Origin: Anaeramoeba ignava BMAN
Taxonomy: Eukaryota > Protista > Anaeramoebae
Assembly (NCBI GenBank): GCA_028826165.1
Contig: JAPDFW010000055.1
Location: forward strand, 496,001 to 560,000
Length of the DNA stretch: 64,000 nucleotides
Reading direction: 5' to 3'
Shown here: positions 26,775 to 41,145 of the stretch, one piece after another
Layout of the letters: the number at the start of each line of letters is the position of its first letter
Position numbering within the stretch: position 1 is the stretch's first letter
Position numbers and translations under genes: made by a program
Notes under the pieces: generated by a model
Seen by the model: the letters and a program-made list of their open reading frames with translations, nothing else
The model's database searches: none
What the model was told of the DNA's origin: nothing

Positions 26775-28030
26775 AAGAATTTATAATTAAATTTATAATT
26801 AAATATATAATTAAATTTATAATTAAATCTATAATTAAATTTATAATTAAATCTATAATTAAATTTATAATTAAATCTATAATTAAATTTATAATTAAAT
26901 TTATAATTAAATTTATAATTAAATTTATAATTAAATTAATAATTAAATATATAATTAAATTTATAATTAAATTTATAATTAAATATATAATTAAATATAT
27001 AATTAAATCTATAATTAAATTAATAATTAAATTAATAATTATATTTATAATTAAATTCAAAATCAAAATTTATAATTAAATTTATAATTAAATTTATAAT
27101 TATATTTATAATTAAATTTATAATTAAATTTATAATTAAATTCATAATTAAATATATAATTAAAATATATAATTAAAATATATAATTAAATATATAATTA
27201 AATTTATAATTAAAATTTATAATTAAATTTATAATTAAATTTATAATTAAATTTATAATTAAATTTATAATTAAATTTATAATTAAATTTATAATTAAAT
27301 TTATAATTAAATTTATAATTAAATTTATAATTAAATTTATAATTAAATTTATAATTAAATTTATAATTAAATTTATAATTAAATTTATAATTAAATTTAT
27401 AATTAAATTTATAATTAAAATTTATAATAAAATATATAATTAAATTTATAATAAAATATATAATAAAATTTATAATTAAATTTATAATTAAATATATAAT
27501 TAAATTTATAATTAAATTTATAATTAAATTTATAACTAAATTTATAATTAAATTTATAACTAAATTTATAATTAAAATTTATAACTAAATTTATAATTAA
27601 ATTTATAATTAAATTTATAATTAAATTTATAACTAAATTTATAATTAAATTTATAACAAAAATATATAATTAAATTTATAATTAAATTTATAATTAAATT
27701 TATAATTAAATATATAATTAAATCTATAATGAAATTTATAATTAAATCTATAATTAAATTTATAATTAAATTTATAATTAAATATATAATTAAATTTATA
27801 ATAAAAATATATAATTAAATTTATAATTAAATTTATAATTAAATTTATAATAAAATTTATAATTAAATTTATAATTAAATATATAATTAAATCTATAATG
27901 AAATTTATAATTAAATCTATAATCAAATTAATAATTAAATTCAAATCAAAATTTATAATTAAATTTATAATTAAATTTATAATCAAATTAATAATTAAAT
28001 TCAAATCAAAATTTATAATTAAATCTATAA
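26775..28030. repeat. 12-bp satellite (AAATTTATAATT)n, same unit as 21956-22590
   Basis: Directly visible. Confidence 0.92.
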
Positions 28031-28187
28031 TAAAATGAAATTGAAATTAAATAGAAAATAAATTAAAATTCCACTTTTTAATTAAATTTTATTTTTTAAT
28101 TAATTAAAAAAAAGGAAAAAAAATTTTGTTTTTTAATTTTTCATTTTTTTCCTTTTTTTTCTTTTTTTTTTAAAACAAAATTAAACA

Positions 28188-30787
28188 ATGAAAAAAATAA
28201 TAAAAATTAAAGGAAATGATTTTCAATCTTGGAAGAAATACAATCAAAAAAAATCAAAAAAAAACTTAAAAGAAATAGGAAAATTTGATATTCTTATACA
28301 AGAAATGTGGAGTTTATTTATTTACAATCAAAATGGAAGAATTGGATTAAATGAAAATGAAAAAGAAGAAGAAAATTTTACATTTAAAAAAGAATTACAA
28401 AAAGAAATGAAAAATTTTAAGTCAAAACAAAAAGAAAATCAAAAACAAAAACAAAAACAAAAACAAAAAGAAAAACAAAAAGAAAATCAAAAACAAAATC
28501 AAAATGAAAATCAAAATTTAAATCAAAATGAAAATGGATTTGGATTTGAATTTAATTTAGAAAATGAATCGGAAATAGAAATTCAATCAGAAAAAGAATT
28601 GGAAAGTTTTGAAAAAGATTTAATAAAACAGGAATCTATTACTCCCAAAGTTGATTTAAATACTAAAAAGCACATTATGAGTAATTTAAATTCATTTCTC
28701 GGTATTGATCCAAATCAAATTTCAACTTCATTTGAAGAAATGGAAGATCCATACGGTGAAACAACACCAAATGATTCACAACAAATACCAAAAAACTCAA
28801 AGACAAAATCAAAATCAAATAAACCAAAAGAAAAAAATTCAGATTCAGATTCAGATTCAGAACTATTTGACTCAATAGATAATAAACCAAAATCAAAACA
28901 AAAAAAACCAAAATCAAAACAAAAAGAACCAAAAGATTCACTTAAAAAATCAAAAAAAAAAGGAGAAACAAGTAATGAAGATAAAAATAAAAATGAAAAT
29001 GAAAGATGAAAATGAAAATGAAGATGAAAATGAAAATGAAAATGAAAATGAAAATGAAAATGAAAATGAAAATGAAAATGAAAATGAAAATGAAGAAAAT
29101 AATAATGAGAAAAACTCAAATAAACCTTCTTTCTCAGAATCAAATTCCAATTCAGATTCAGAATCATCTAAAACATCAGATGATGAAAACAAAGAAAAAG
29201 GAAAAGGAAAAGGAAAAGGAAAAGGAAAAGGAAAAGAAACAAATCAAGAAACAAAGAAAAAATCAAAATCAAAATCAAAATCAAAACCAAAATCAAAATC
29301 AAAATCAAAATCAAAATCAAATTCAAAACCAAAATTAAAATCAGATTCAAAATCAAAATCAAAATCAAAACAAAAGCCAAAATCAAAATCAAAATCAAAA
29401 CCAAAATCAGATTCAGAACCATTTAGCAAATCAGATCATGAAAACAAAGAAAAATCAAAATCAAAATCAAAATCAAAATCAAAATCAAAATCAAAATCAA
29501 AATCAAAATCAAAATCAAAATCAAAATCAAAACCAAAAATCAGATTCAGAACCATTTAGCAAATCAGATCATGAAAACAAAGAAAAATCAAAATCAAAAT
29601 CAAAATCAAAATCAAAATCAAAATCAAAATCAAAATCAAAACAAAAGCCAAAATCAAAATCAAAATCAAAACCAAAATCAGATTCAGAACCATTTAGCAA
29701 ATCAGATCATGAAAACAAAGAAAAATCAAAATCAAAACAAAAACAAAAACCAAAATCAAAATCAAAATCAAAATCAAAATCAAAATCAGATTCAGAAACA
29801 TTTAGCAAATCAGATCATGAAAACAAAGAAAAATCAAAATCAAAATCAAAATCAAAATCAAAATCAAAATCAAAATCAAAACAAAAGCCAAAATCAAAAT
29901 CAAAATCAAAACCAAAATCAGATTCAGAACCATTTAGCAAATCAGATCATGAAAACAAAGAAAAATCAAAATCAAAACAAAAACAAAAACCAAAATCAAA
30001 ATCAAAATCAAAACCAAAACCAAAATCAGATTCAGAACCATTTAGCAAATCAGATCATGAAAAAAAAGAAAAATCAAAATCAAATTCAAAATCAAAATCA
30101 AAATCAGATTCAGATCCATTTAGCAAATCAGATCATGAAAAAGAAAAAGAAAAAGAAAAAGAAAAAGAAAAAGAAACAGAAACAGAAACAGAAACAGAAA
30201 CAGAAACAAACCAAGAAACAGCAAAAAAATCAAAATCAAAATCAGATTCAGAATTATTTAACTCATCAGATGATGAAAAAACAGAAAAACAAAAGGAAAA
30301 AGAAACAAATCAAGAAACACTAAACACATCTCAAACATCAAAAAAACAAAATGGAGAAACAAATGAAAATGAAGATGAAGATGATGATGAAGATGAGGAT
30401 GAGAAAAACTCAAATAAACCTTCTTTCTCAGAATCAAATTCCAATTCAGATTCAGAATCATCTAAAACATCAGATGATGAAAAAAAAGATAAAGAAAAAG
30501 ATAAAGAAAAAGGAAAAGAAAAAGAAACAAATCAAGAAACAAATCAAGAAACAAATCAAGAAACAAAGAAAAAATCAAATTCAAAATCAAAATCAAATTC
30601 AAAATCAGATTCAAAATCAAAATCAAAATCAAAATCAAAATCAAAATCAAAATCAAATTCAAAATCAAAATCAGATTCAAAATCAAAATCAAAATCAAAT
30701 TCAAAATCAAAATCAAATTCAAAATCAAAATCAAAATCAGAATCAGATTCAGAATCAAAAACCAAAACAGAATCTGATTCAGATTAA
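28188..30787 (+). CDS. Ser/Lys/Glu-rich low-complexity repeat protein (two apparent frameshifts)
   Basis: Three overlapping ORFs (28188-29009, 28975-29559, 29438-30787) with recurring [16 protein letters not shown](SK)n modules; promoter-like TCA motif upstream. Confidence 0.6.
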
Positions 30788-30957
30788 AAATCAAATTTTT
30801 TTCATTTTAATCAAATTAAGTGATTCAAATCAATAAAACGGAAAAAAATTTAAAAAGAAACAATTCAATTTTTTCAAAAAGTTTTTGTTTTTATTGTTGT
30901 TTTTATTGTTGTTGTTTTTATTGTTTTTGTTCCACTTTTTTTAAAAAGAAAAAATAA

Positions 30958-33900
30958 TCATTTGCGATTAAAATTTTGAACTTCATATTCAATAACGAAA
31001 CGAGGTAAAACTTGTTGTTGAAGAAAAACACCAATTTCATCACCTTCAATTTGTTCAATTTCTTCTTGAACCAAAGGATAAAAAGATCTTCTTGGTCTTG
31101 AATTAAAATCTTTTGATTTAATAAAGAAATTTCTGTTTTTCTGTTTAAATTTAACAAGAGTATAATGAGAATCAAAACCATCTTGAATAGATCTACCACA
31201 ATCCACTTTAGAAACAGGATAAGGAAGACCCAAGATAACCCAACACATGATAAGTTTAAAAGAATTTGATTTTAAATTTGATTGAGATTTTGATTGAGAT
31301 TTTGATTGAGATTTTAAATTTAAATTTGAATTGAAATTTGATTTGAAATTTGATTGAGATTTTGGATCATGATAATAATTTTCCTTTTCTTTAAGCATCC
31401 GTTGTGTTGTGATTTGCAAATAATATTGTCCATAAGAAGGTTCTTGTGTTAAATAAATTGCTTTTCCAAAATAACCTGGATCAGTTGTTGATAAATTCAA
31501 AATCCCTTTTGCGCAAATACTCTGAATAAATTGTTCATCTGTTCCATGAAAAGCAACAATAGGGTTTTCTTGCCAGCCTTTAAGAAGACCATCGGCATTC
31601 CACAAGTGATTTAAATATAAAGATCCAAGTTGGTCTTCTGGATGAAGAAATTGATAATATTGCACAAAATTCACATCCTTTCCAAATGCGCTTGTTTTGG
31701 ATTTTGAAGATTGAGAGATCCTGGTTCTTTCGCTTTCAAAAGCCTTTTCAAGTTGGCTATTAATGATAACAGAAACCCTTTTGACTTTATAAACATGTTG
31801 TTTGTCTTCTCCAACAAAACGATAAAATGCTGCTTCCGCTTTGAGAAATAAAAATGCAGCATAGCTTGAATCACCCACTGCATGGGGTCTTGAAATGTGG
31901 ACGAGATTGGCAACCGTTTTTCCTGTGGTTTCGTCCTTGATATTCTCGATTCCATCGAGTAATTCTTGAGATGAAAATAAAGAGTAATTATCAATCTTGT
32001 AATAATAATCCTCTTCCTTATTGATTTTGGAAATGGTTTCTCTTAACTGATAAAATGACGGTCTTTTCCGCGATATTTCATGCAGACATTCAAGCACAAG
32101 CTCTCTTATAAAATAGGGGATGTCTTCGGGAAATTTCAACACCGAAAAAAGTGATGCAAACGGTTTCTTCCCAGTGAACAGCTCATAAACAACAACTCCA
32201 AAACTATAAACATCCGATTTCTCCCCGTATTTCCTTTCTTTCAATATCTCGGGCGCAATGTATTCAATTGTCCCAACAATATTTCCTGTCATTGTTGTCG
32301 ACCTATCTGAGATAAATGGTCTTGACAACCCGAAATCGCAAATTTTGCAGTTTAAATTTTCATCTAATAAAATATTGCTTGGTTTCAAATCCAAATGCAA
32401 AATATTTTGCGAGTGCAAATAGCACATCCCCTTCACAATTTGCTGCATGATCCGTATTTTATCCTCAATGCTTTGCTTTCCTTGATATTTCTCTGTTTTG
32501 TTTTCAATATAATCTCTTAAACTTCCTCCAGAAATGAATTCAGTGACTAAACAATTTTCTTTGTTTTCTGTTTGAAATACTCCTATAAATTTCACAATAT
32601 TTTCATGTCTGATGATGCTTAGTGTTGAAACTTCTGACTCAAACATTTTTTGGTTTTCAGCACTAATTTTTTTGATAGCAACATCGATTGAACTAAATTA
32701 TTAATATTTATAATTTGAAATTTTAATTTTCAATTTTGAATTTTTAATTATAAAATGGAAAATTCAATTCCTACCGATATTTCCCATGCTCAACAACAGA
32801 ATTATGCTCCTTATCAATTAACCCCAAAATGCTAATTTCGTTTGAATCCAAAAACCTTCTTTCAGGTAATATTTTCACCCTGAAAATCCTTCCTTTGACT
32901 TCCCTTTTCCCCAAAACATTCAATTCAATCATATATTGCCCATTAAAATTAGGTTTATATTTCACTTTATATTCTCCATTTCCACAATCAAAAACCTCCA
33001 AGGGTTCATTAATAGTTGATATAAATGCGGTTATTTTTTCGCCTCCTTTTTCAATTTGATTTCCATGTTTATCACAAGCTTGAATGATAAATTCTGTTTC
33101 GTGATTTTCTGTTGTTGTAAATGCATTTTCTCCACGAATTATTGATTGACAAATATCAATTTCTCCTGGTAAAACATCCACATCACAAAATTCTTGTTTT
33201 AAAGTTTTTCTATTAATTTTCACAACCAAATACACTCTTCCTGAAATTGTTGGTGTTGCAAGAAGAGTGTAACTTCCATCATCATTATCAATTACATCTC
33301 CTTGAATTAAATTTGGTTTTTCTTCCTTTTGATTTCCATTTTCATTTTCATTTTCATTTTCATTTTGATTTTTTCCATTTTCTGGATATTTTAAATAAAA
33401 TTCAATTAAATTTCCTGATCCTCCATTTATTATTTTCTTTCCTTTTCTTGAAATTGTTTGAAGAGTAAATTCTGCGCTTTTTCCTGAATAAATCTGATAA
33501 AAATTAAAAATAATAAATACTAAATATTAAATGAATAAAAAAATATTTACTTTGAAAATTTGCTTTGGATTTTCCATAAATTCAATAATTTTGGATTTCT
33601 TAGAAGAAGGAATATCCAAAGTTTGGAAAGTGAAATTTTCAGACCATTTTCCATCACCATAAGAATTATGGGCACGAATACGAATATAGTATTTTGTTGA
33701 AGGTTTGAGTTGATTGATCAAAAAGAAATTCTGATTGGATTTAAAAGTGGAAATGATTTTTTGAGAAGAAGAAAACTCCTTCAATTGAATTTCATAATAC
33801 TCAATATCAGATCCGTTTGATTCAGGGATTTTCCAAGACAAATTAAGTTGAGAAACAGTGATATCTGAGACAGAAATGTATTCAGTCATGATTTTTTCAG

Positions 33901-36900
33901 GATGTGAAACTGCAAGTGTCCAAAAACTTTGCCAATCTGTCCAATTTGTCCAATCAACAGTGTTATAAGCACAAATACGTGCCTTGTATTCTGTTTTGGG
34001 AAGCAGATCTTTGAGCTGCATTTTTGTTGAGAAGGTTTGGTGTTGCGTGATTGTTTCTTTTGTTTTTGTTTCCATAATTTCAAGTCGATAAAGAATCGCT
34101 CCATATTTAAAGAAGAAATTTTCCATTCCAAATTTTTTGCTCATGTCAATAGACACATTGCGATTATTCTCTCCATTTTCTTGTGAGTTTAAATTCCAAT
34201 ATAAATGTAACGATGTTGGACGCGGTGAGCATCTCATCTCAATTTTCAGAATTGAATAATGAATAACTGCACGTGGTAAAATTTGCTCATTGCGTTTGGC
34301 TTCAATTAATCCTCCAATTGAATGCTCTTCTTTCAATGCTGGGAATAAATTTTCTTTTGATAAACCCCAAAGATTCGGATCTGTTAAAACTTGTTGTTTT
34401 CTTGCCTTTTGAACAGTTTTTTTCGAAAGAAGCGCAAAATTTGAATCAAATTCTTGCTCTTCAACATCACTTCTCATTTTTGGATAAATTAATCCCATAT
34501 TGACTGTGCAAAATAAAGCCTTTTTGTTTGTTTTGCTAAGATCAACAAATGAAAAAGATTCTTGATCAATTTCCTTCTGATCTTTTGTTACTGTTATTGT
34601 TTTTGCTTTTGTTTTTGCTTTTGTTTTTGTTTTGGATTTTGGGGAAACAATTTTGATTTTCTCATTTTGTATTGATAAAGCTCCTCCCATTCCATCTCCA
34701 TGAAAAAATGAAACTCTTTCTCCATTTTGTGTAGAAAATCCGTTGGAAATGATTTTGGAAACATTCTGTTGATCCACAAACTTCCAGCAATTGATGGGAT
34801 GTTCAAGATGAATTTCAAAAACACCAGAATATAAATCAAGAAGACTTTGTAAATAAGAAGATCCAAGAAGAATTAATTTTTGAGAATATCCTTTGTTTCC
34901 ATTCGAGTTATTTTCATTATTTGGAGAATTCGTAAAGGGAGATGAAGTGATTGGTGCTTGAAGATTTGTGTTTTTGGATTGGTTTGTTGTATCGTTGTTT
35001 GGGGATGTTGATGAACAAATATCAATGAAAGAGTTAATGATTGTTCTTGATGGATTATTCTGAGAAATTCGGGAAAGTATTTTCATTTTTTCAATCAGAA
35101 ATTGTCTTAAAAGATGCGGTGTGTGTATTAAAGATATTGATGTTACTCGATATATATCTCTTGATTTGCCGATGAATTTGAGAAAAGAGGTTTCAATTTC
35201 GGAAAATATTTGGGATGGAATTTGACGCGGTTCTGAATCAATAATGGGTGCAAAATTAAATGAATTTTTTCTATTAATTGGATCGAGTTTTGTTGTTGAA
35301 AATTCTTCATCCATTAAATTCTCAAAATTTTTCCGATTTTGTATTAAAGAATCCCAAAAAATGGATCGATAAAGATGAACAAGAAATCCAATCACAGTTT
35401 TTCCATCTGATTCAACAATCGGATCGATATTTTCATTGGGGATATTGAATAAAATATCGTCGATAGGAAATTGCACAATATTTGGGGAAACGCACTGCAA
35501 AATATATATGATTCTTTCAAGAGATGGATATTGAATATCAAAATTATAAGACATTGTGTCTGCAACAACGTTTTTCATCAAAGAAAGCCAAGGAACAAGA
35601 TTCCGTGAAGATGGATCAATTCCTGAAAGAACTTGCTTCATTAAAACAACAAATGCGAAGATATCAGTTCGCATCCCATAAATGGAAGGATTTTCCGAAT
35701 TGTCATAACTGAAATATGAATTATCATTAGAAAGTAAAAATTGTGAATCAAGAGATCCAAATAAACTCAGTTTGCCCCGATTTTCCGCTGTTACTCTTAT
35801 GCTTTTTGTCTTGATTCTCCCGTGAACAATTCCTTTTCCGTGAAGATATAAAATTGCATAAGCAATATCCAGTAATATTTGGATTTTCACATCATCTGAT
35901 TGAATTTGCTTATTTTCAATTAAATCAAGAATCGAGTTCTCAATAAATTCTGTTGCGATCCAATGCTGTTCTTGGTCAGATTTTGTCGCAATAATTTGGC
36001 AAATATGCGGATGCGATACGGAACTCATGTTGATGATTCTGCGAGATACTGCCATTGAATGATGAGGCAGTAATTTTGGGAAATAAATCACAAAAACAAG
36101 ATTTCCATCAAGAATTGCTTGATATTTAATATAAGAAGGCGTTTGATTCTTGAAATAAACATCAAAACCTGTATTTTCATTGAATTGATGAGAATAGTTC
36201 GAAATTCTTGTTTCTTGTTGAGTTTGATCTTGATTTTTCTCGTTTGATTTGGTGATTTTTTGGAGAGAAGAAAGCGAATTGATATCAAGAACAGAATTAG
36301 GAAAACAACTTGTAGAAAATGTTCTCCATTGACCCAAAACAGAGACAAAAAAGAAAAGTTTTCCTGGAAAAAACGGAGTGTATTTCGATACATAACTCCC
36401 ATCTTCATTATCAAGAGTCTGTGATGAGATGATCTCCATATTGCTACTTTTGATAAGAACATTAAGACCAACTCCACCGTTGTTGATCCTGTTTCCATAT
36501 TCATCCGCAAGATGTATTTTGAATTCTGAAGCGTTTCTTGTGAAAAGAGGAACACCAGGCTCAAATCCATTTCCAGAAACAACGCTTCGATCCAAATTGA
36601 TTTTTCCAGATAAAACTTCAATTTCAAATGCTTGAGAATTTCCTGTTAAAATATTGACATTTTGATTTGCAATTTGTTGCTCTTTTTTTTCTTTTGATTC
36701 AATGGAAATATTTTCATCGTTTTCTGTTGGTTTTTTGGGTTCATCCTGATTTGGATCAGAATCAGTTTCAGATTCACTTTGAATAATGTTCGATTTGAGG
36801 GAATTTGAAGATATTGATTGAATATCAATTTTCTGAGAAACTGAATAATAAACATAAAGTTTTAAAGAGCATACTTCTTTTGGGAAATATATTAAAGAAT

Positions 36901-39029
36901 AAGTTCCATCTAAATTATCAATAACTTCGCCATTTGAATATGAATTTGTGTTGGAATCTAAATTGGAATCAGTTTCTTGATTATGGAATATCTTTTCCAC
37001 AAAAAAAGAAACAAAATCACTACATCCTCCATTAAAAATTCTCTGATTTTTATCGTCAAATGATTCTAAAGTAAATTCAATTTTTTCTCCTGTAACATAT
37101 TTTTTTTTCCTTTGAAATATTGCTTGTTCTTGTGAATGAATTTTGAGAAAACTTGCTAAACGGAAAGACTTGTAATTGCTCCAATCAGAATAACCTGCTA
37201 AATTTTGGATCTGATTCTGAAAAAATAGGTTGTTTTTTGTGGATCAACTCCTTCAACAAGATAACTAAATTCGTTTGTTTTTCTCAATGATTTTTCTTTA
37301 CTTGGTTCAATTTCAATTTCAAATTCAATCTGATTTTGGGAATTTTTCCCGTCATTAAGAGGCGATTTCCAAGATAAAAGCAAATTATTTCTTGAGTTCA
37401 TTTTGCAAAAAACAGTTGAAATTTTGGAAAGCGGTAAAATTCCTTTTGATGCATTTTTAAGAAGTTCAATAACTTCAACATGTTTGTTTTTTGTTGCAAG
37501 TTTTTGAGGAGTTGAGCCAAACATTCCGCTTGAGTTTTTGGCTTTGGGATTAGCGTTGTTTGCAAGAAGCAAAGAAACTACCTCTAAATTTCCTGAAATT
37601 ACTGCATAATGAAGAGGTGTATTTGAATGATTTTTTTCGTCTTTAAAATTTATATTGATTCCGTATTCCAAAAGAAATCTAATCCCAGGAATATTGTTGT
37701 CTTGAATGCATTTGAGAAGGATATCAAACATGTTTGTGTTAGCAGAAGATATCTGCTGGACTATTTTTTGCAATTCGGGATTTTTGGATTTTTCGATATT
37801 TAATTCTTGATATAAATTCATGCATTCTTTTAAATAATTTATAATTGTGGAAAAATTCCATCGTTTGTCAGCATCAGAATCCCAGCATTGTCTCATAACA
37901 CGAAGTAATTTATGTCTGATCAGCGTTGAGAATTGCTGTTGATTGATTTTGGGTCGTAAATTTTCTTTGAGAATTTTGGAGTTGATTTCAGAATTTGGAA
38001 CAAAATTTTCCAAAAAACGTTTTCCGGTAATCAACTCAAATATTAAGAAAGCAAGACTAAAAGAAGTGGTTTTCTCAGTTCTTTTGCGATTTACGAATGT
38101 TTCTGGTGCGTGAATTGATGGGTCTCGATAAACATTTAAATCGGCATTTTTTTTGTTATTTTGAATAAGATTTTGTTCCTCTTGATTTTCTTGATCGGAA
38201 TTTTGATTGTTTTTTTGTTCTTCAATAACCCCAGTAAGCATTTCAGCAACAACTTCAGAATGAGTGAGAAAAACACAACTTTGATTGCCAGATTTGCGTC
38301 AATCAAAACAGAATCGGAAGAAAATTGATTAAAATGAAGATCATTTTTAATAAAAAATTCAGTTGCTTTTGAGATTTGGATGAGAATATTCAAAATATCG
38401 AAATCTGAAAGCTTTTTATACATATCATTGTTGATAAAATCGTGAAGAGTTTTTGAATTGGGGAAGATCTCTGTGACAATTGCATTTGGTTCAGTTACAA
38501 AACCGAATGTGTGAATGATATTTTGATTTGAAGAAAGAAGGTGAAGTTTTTGAATTTCGCGGATGCTTTGCTTTGTGAAAGATCTGCTTTGCTTGAGCAT
38601 CCTGAACATTGCAGGTTTTTCTTGGAAAGTTCCCTCAAAGATTGTTGTCAAAGGCATGCTTTCAATTTCTTTATTCATTTCTGTTGATTTAATGTCAAGT
38701 TGACCTGGAAATGAAAGAAAATTCCAATATGTATTTGTTTTTGATAAAGAAACAAATTGTTCATAAATTGATAGAATTTGGCTCAATTCGCTAAATATGA
38801 ATGTGGAAAGTGATTGTGATGTTTCTTCTGTGGTTTGATTATCAAATAATTTGTCAAAATTGCAGGAAAAATAAAGTTTATGAAGAATTCCTTTTGGTTC
38901 ATTTTCTTCAAAATTTTTTGTTAATGTTTCAATTTCTGTTTCAGAAATTATTTTTTGTGAATTTAATAATAAAGATCGAATTAAACGAATTAATTTTATA
39001 TCATTTTTTGTTGTAATTAAAAAATTCAT
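30958..39029 (-). CDS. Giant multidomain protein: pseudokinase-ANK-FN3-filamin(2)-pseudokinase-degenerate ART-FN3(2)-filamin(2)-kinase-PARP-like ART
   Basis: ORFs 38136-39029, 37198-38241, 33527-37000, 32771-33235 and 30958-32646 are joined by two 1-nt shifts (~38270, ~37203) and two short introns (~33496-33550, ~32694-32773). Motifs: TPLHYAVISGN; DNEDGSY; RIRAHNSYGDGKWS; HLDLKPSN/DFG/APE; FHGT..GYFGKAIYLT..DSH..DEIGVF. Confidence 0.8.
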
Positions 39030-39260
39030 TTTAAAAATGAAAATAAAAATAAAAATGAAAAATCAATTTTTTCTTTTGTTTTTTTTTTTTAAAAGAAGTA
39101 AAAAAAAAAATGGAATAAAAATTTGAAAAGAATTTCCAAAAAAATTAAAACAAAAAAAAAAAGGAAATTTAATTAATTGCTTTTTCTTTTTCTTTTTAAA
39201 TTTTTTGTTCTTCTTTTTTTTTTTTTATTCCATTCCATTTTTTTTTTCAATTCTTTTCTA

Positions 39261-41145
39261 TTAGATTTTGTATTTAGGTTGATTTCCTCTTTGTTGTTTA
39301 GGTCTATCTGAATGGAAACAAAAAGTAATATTTTCAGAAAATCCTTCCAAATCTGTTTTAAAATGTCGACTTTTCAAATTAATTAAAATTAATAAATAAA
39401 ATTAAATTATCAATAAATTTAATAAATTTAATAAATTTACCCAATTTTCATTTGATTTTCTTCATCTGAAAATTTTGTCCAAAGTGAAATACGACAAAAA
39501 GCTGGTCTAATTGTAACAGCAGCACCACATACAAGTTCTGAATTTGGGAATTGTTCTCCAATTAAAGATAATGACTAAAACAAATTTTTTTTTCAAAATG
39601 TCAAATTAATTCAAAAAAGTTTTTAAAATTTTCCAAAATGTCAAATTAATTCAAAAAAAAAATTTAAAATTTTTTTACAATATTTTTCCATGCATTATCA
39701 ATTCTTTCAGACCAATTTCTATTTCTTGATTTGGGGTTAGGTTTTTTTACTTGAATTTGCCAAGAACCTCCATCTTTATTCTCAATATCTTCCCATTCTG
39801 GTAAAATTCCATCTTTAAATAAAAATAATTGATTCCAATTTTCAATTTCACTTGGTTTTCTAATATTATCAACTAAACCCCAAAATTCTTCAACCTAAAT
39901 TTTATAAATGAATTTTAATTTTAATATAAATTTTAATTTTAATTTTAATTTTAATTTTAATTTTAATTTTATAAATGAATTTTAATTTTAATTTTAATTT
40001 TAATTTTAATTTTAATTTTAATTTTAATTTTAATTTTAATTTTAATTTTAATTTTAATTTTAATTTTAATTTTAATTTTAATTTTAATTTTAATTTTAAT
40101 TTTAATTTTTAATTTTAATTTTAATTTTAATTTTAATTTTAATTTTAATTTTTAATTTTAATTTTAATTTTAATTTTAATTTTAATTTTAATTTTAATTT
40201 TAATTTTTAATTTTAATTTTAATTTTAATTTTAATTTTAATTTTAATTTTAATTTTAATTTTAATAATTTTAATTTTAAAATTTAATTTTAATTTTAATT
40301 TTAATTTTAATTTTAATTTTTAATTTTAATTTTTAATTTTAATTTTAATTTTAATTTTAAATTTTAATTTTAATTTTAATTTTAATTTTAATTTTAATTT
40401 TTAATTTTAATTTTAATTTTTAATTTTAATTTTAATTTTAATTTTAATTTTAATTTTAATTTTAATTTTAATTTTAATTTTAATTTTAATTTTAATTTTT
40501 AATTTTAATTTTAATTTAATTTTAATTTTAATTTTAATTTTAATTTTAATTTTTTTAATTTTAATTTTTAATTTTAATTTTAATTTTAATTTTAATTTTA
40601 ATTTTAATTTTAATTTTATAATTTAATTTTAATTTTAATTTTAATTTTAATTTTAATTTTAATTTTAATTTTAATTTTAATTTTAATTTTAATTTTAATT
40701 TTAATTTTAATTTTAATTTTAATTTTAATTTTAAAATTTTAATTTTAATTTTAATTTTAATTTTAATTTTAATTTTAATTTTAATTTTTAATTTTAATTT
40801 TAATTTTAATTTTAATTTTAATTTTAATTTTAATTTTAATTTTAATTTTAATTTTATAAATTTAATTTGATTTTAATTTTAATATTAATTTTAAAATGAA
40901 TTTTAATTATAATATACAGTTTCACATTTATAAATTTTAACTAATTGAGATTGCCAATCATTTTGAGCAGTTTGTTTCTTTTGAACCATTGCCCAAAAAA
41001 CCCAAGGAGAATGAAGAGGATGAGTAATTGAAAAATCATCAACATTTGGAGTTTGTGTCATTTGACTTATTGTTTCTTGATTTGTTTCTTGATTTGTTTC
41101 TTTTTTTTCTTTTGAATTGTTTTGTTGAATTGTTTTTTCCATCAT
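39261..41145 (-). CDS. EIF4E: Translation initiation factor eIF4E, multi-exon, ~1-kb (AAAATT)n intron 1
   Basis: HPLHSPWVFW; T|VEEFWG; LFKDGILPEWED..N..GGSW; IGEQF..VCGA..RISLW. Confidence 0.92.

Noticed and set aside
30958-39029. Higher GC than flanks, suggesting a mobile element or foreign insert
   Set aside because: No transposase, terminal repeats or target-site duplication; it has host-type introns and promoter motif, and other long exons are also GC-richer than intergenic DNA.
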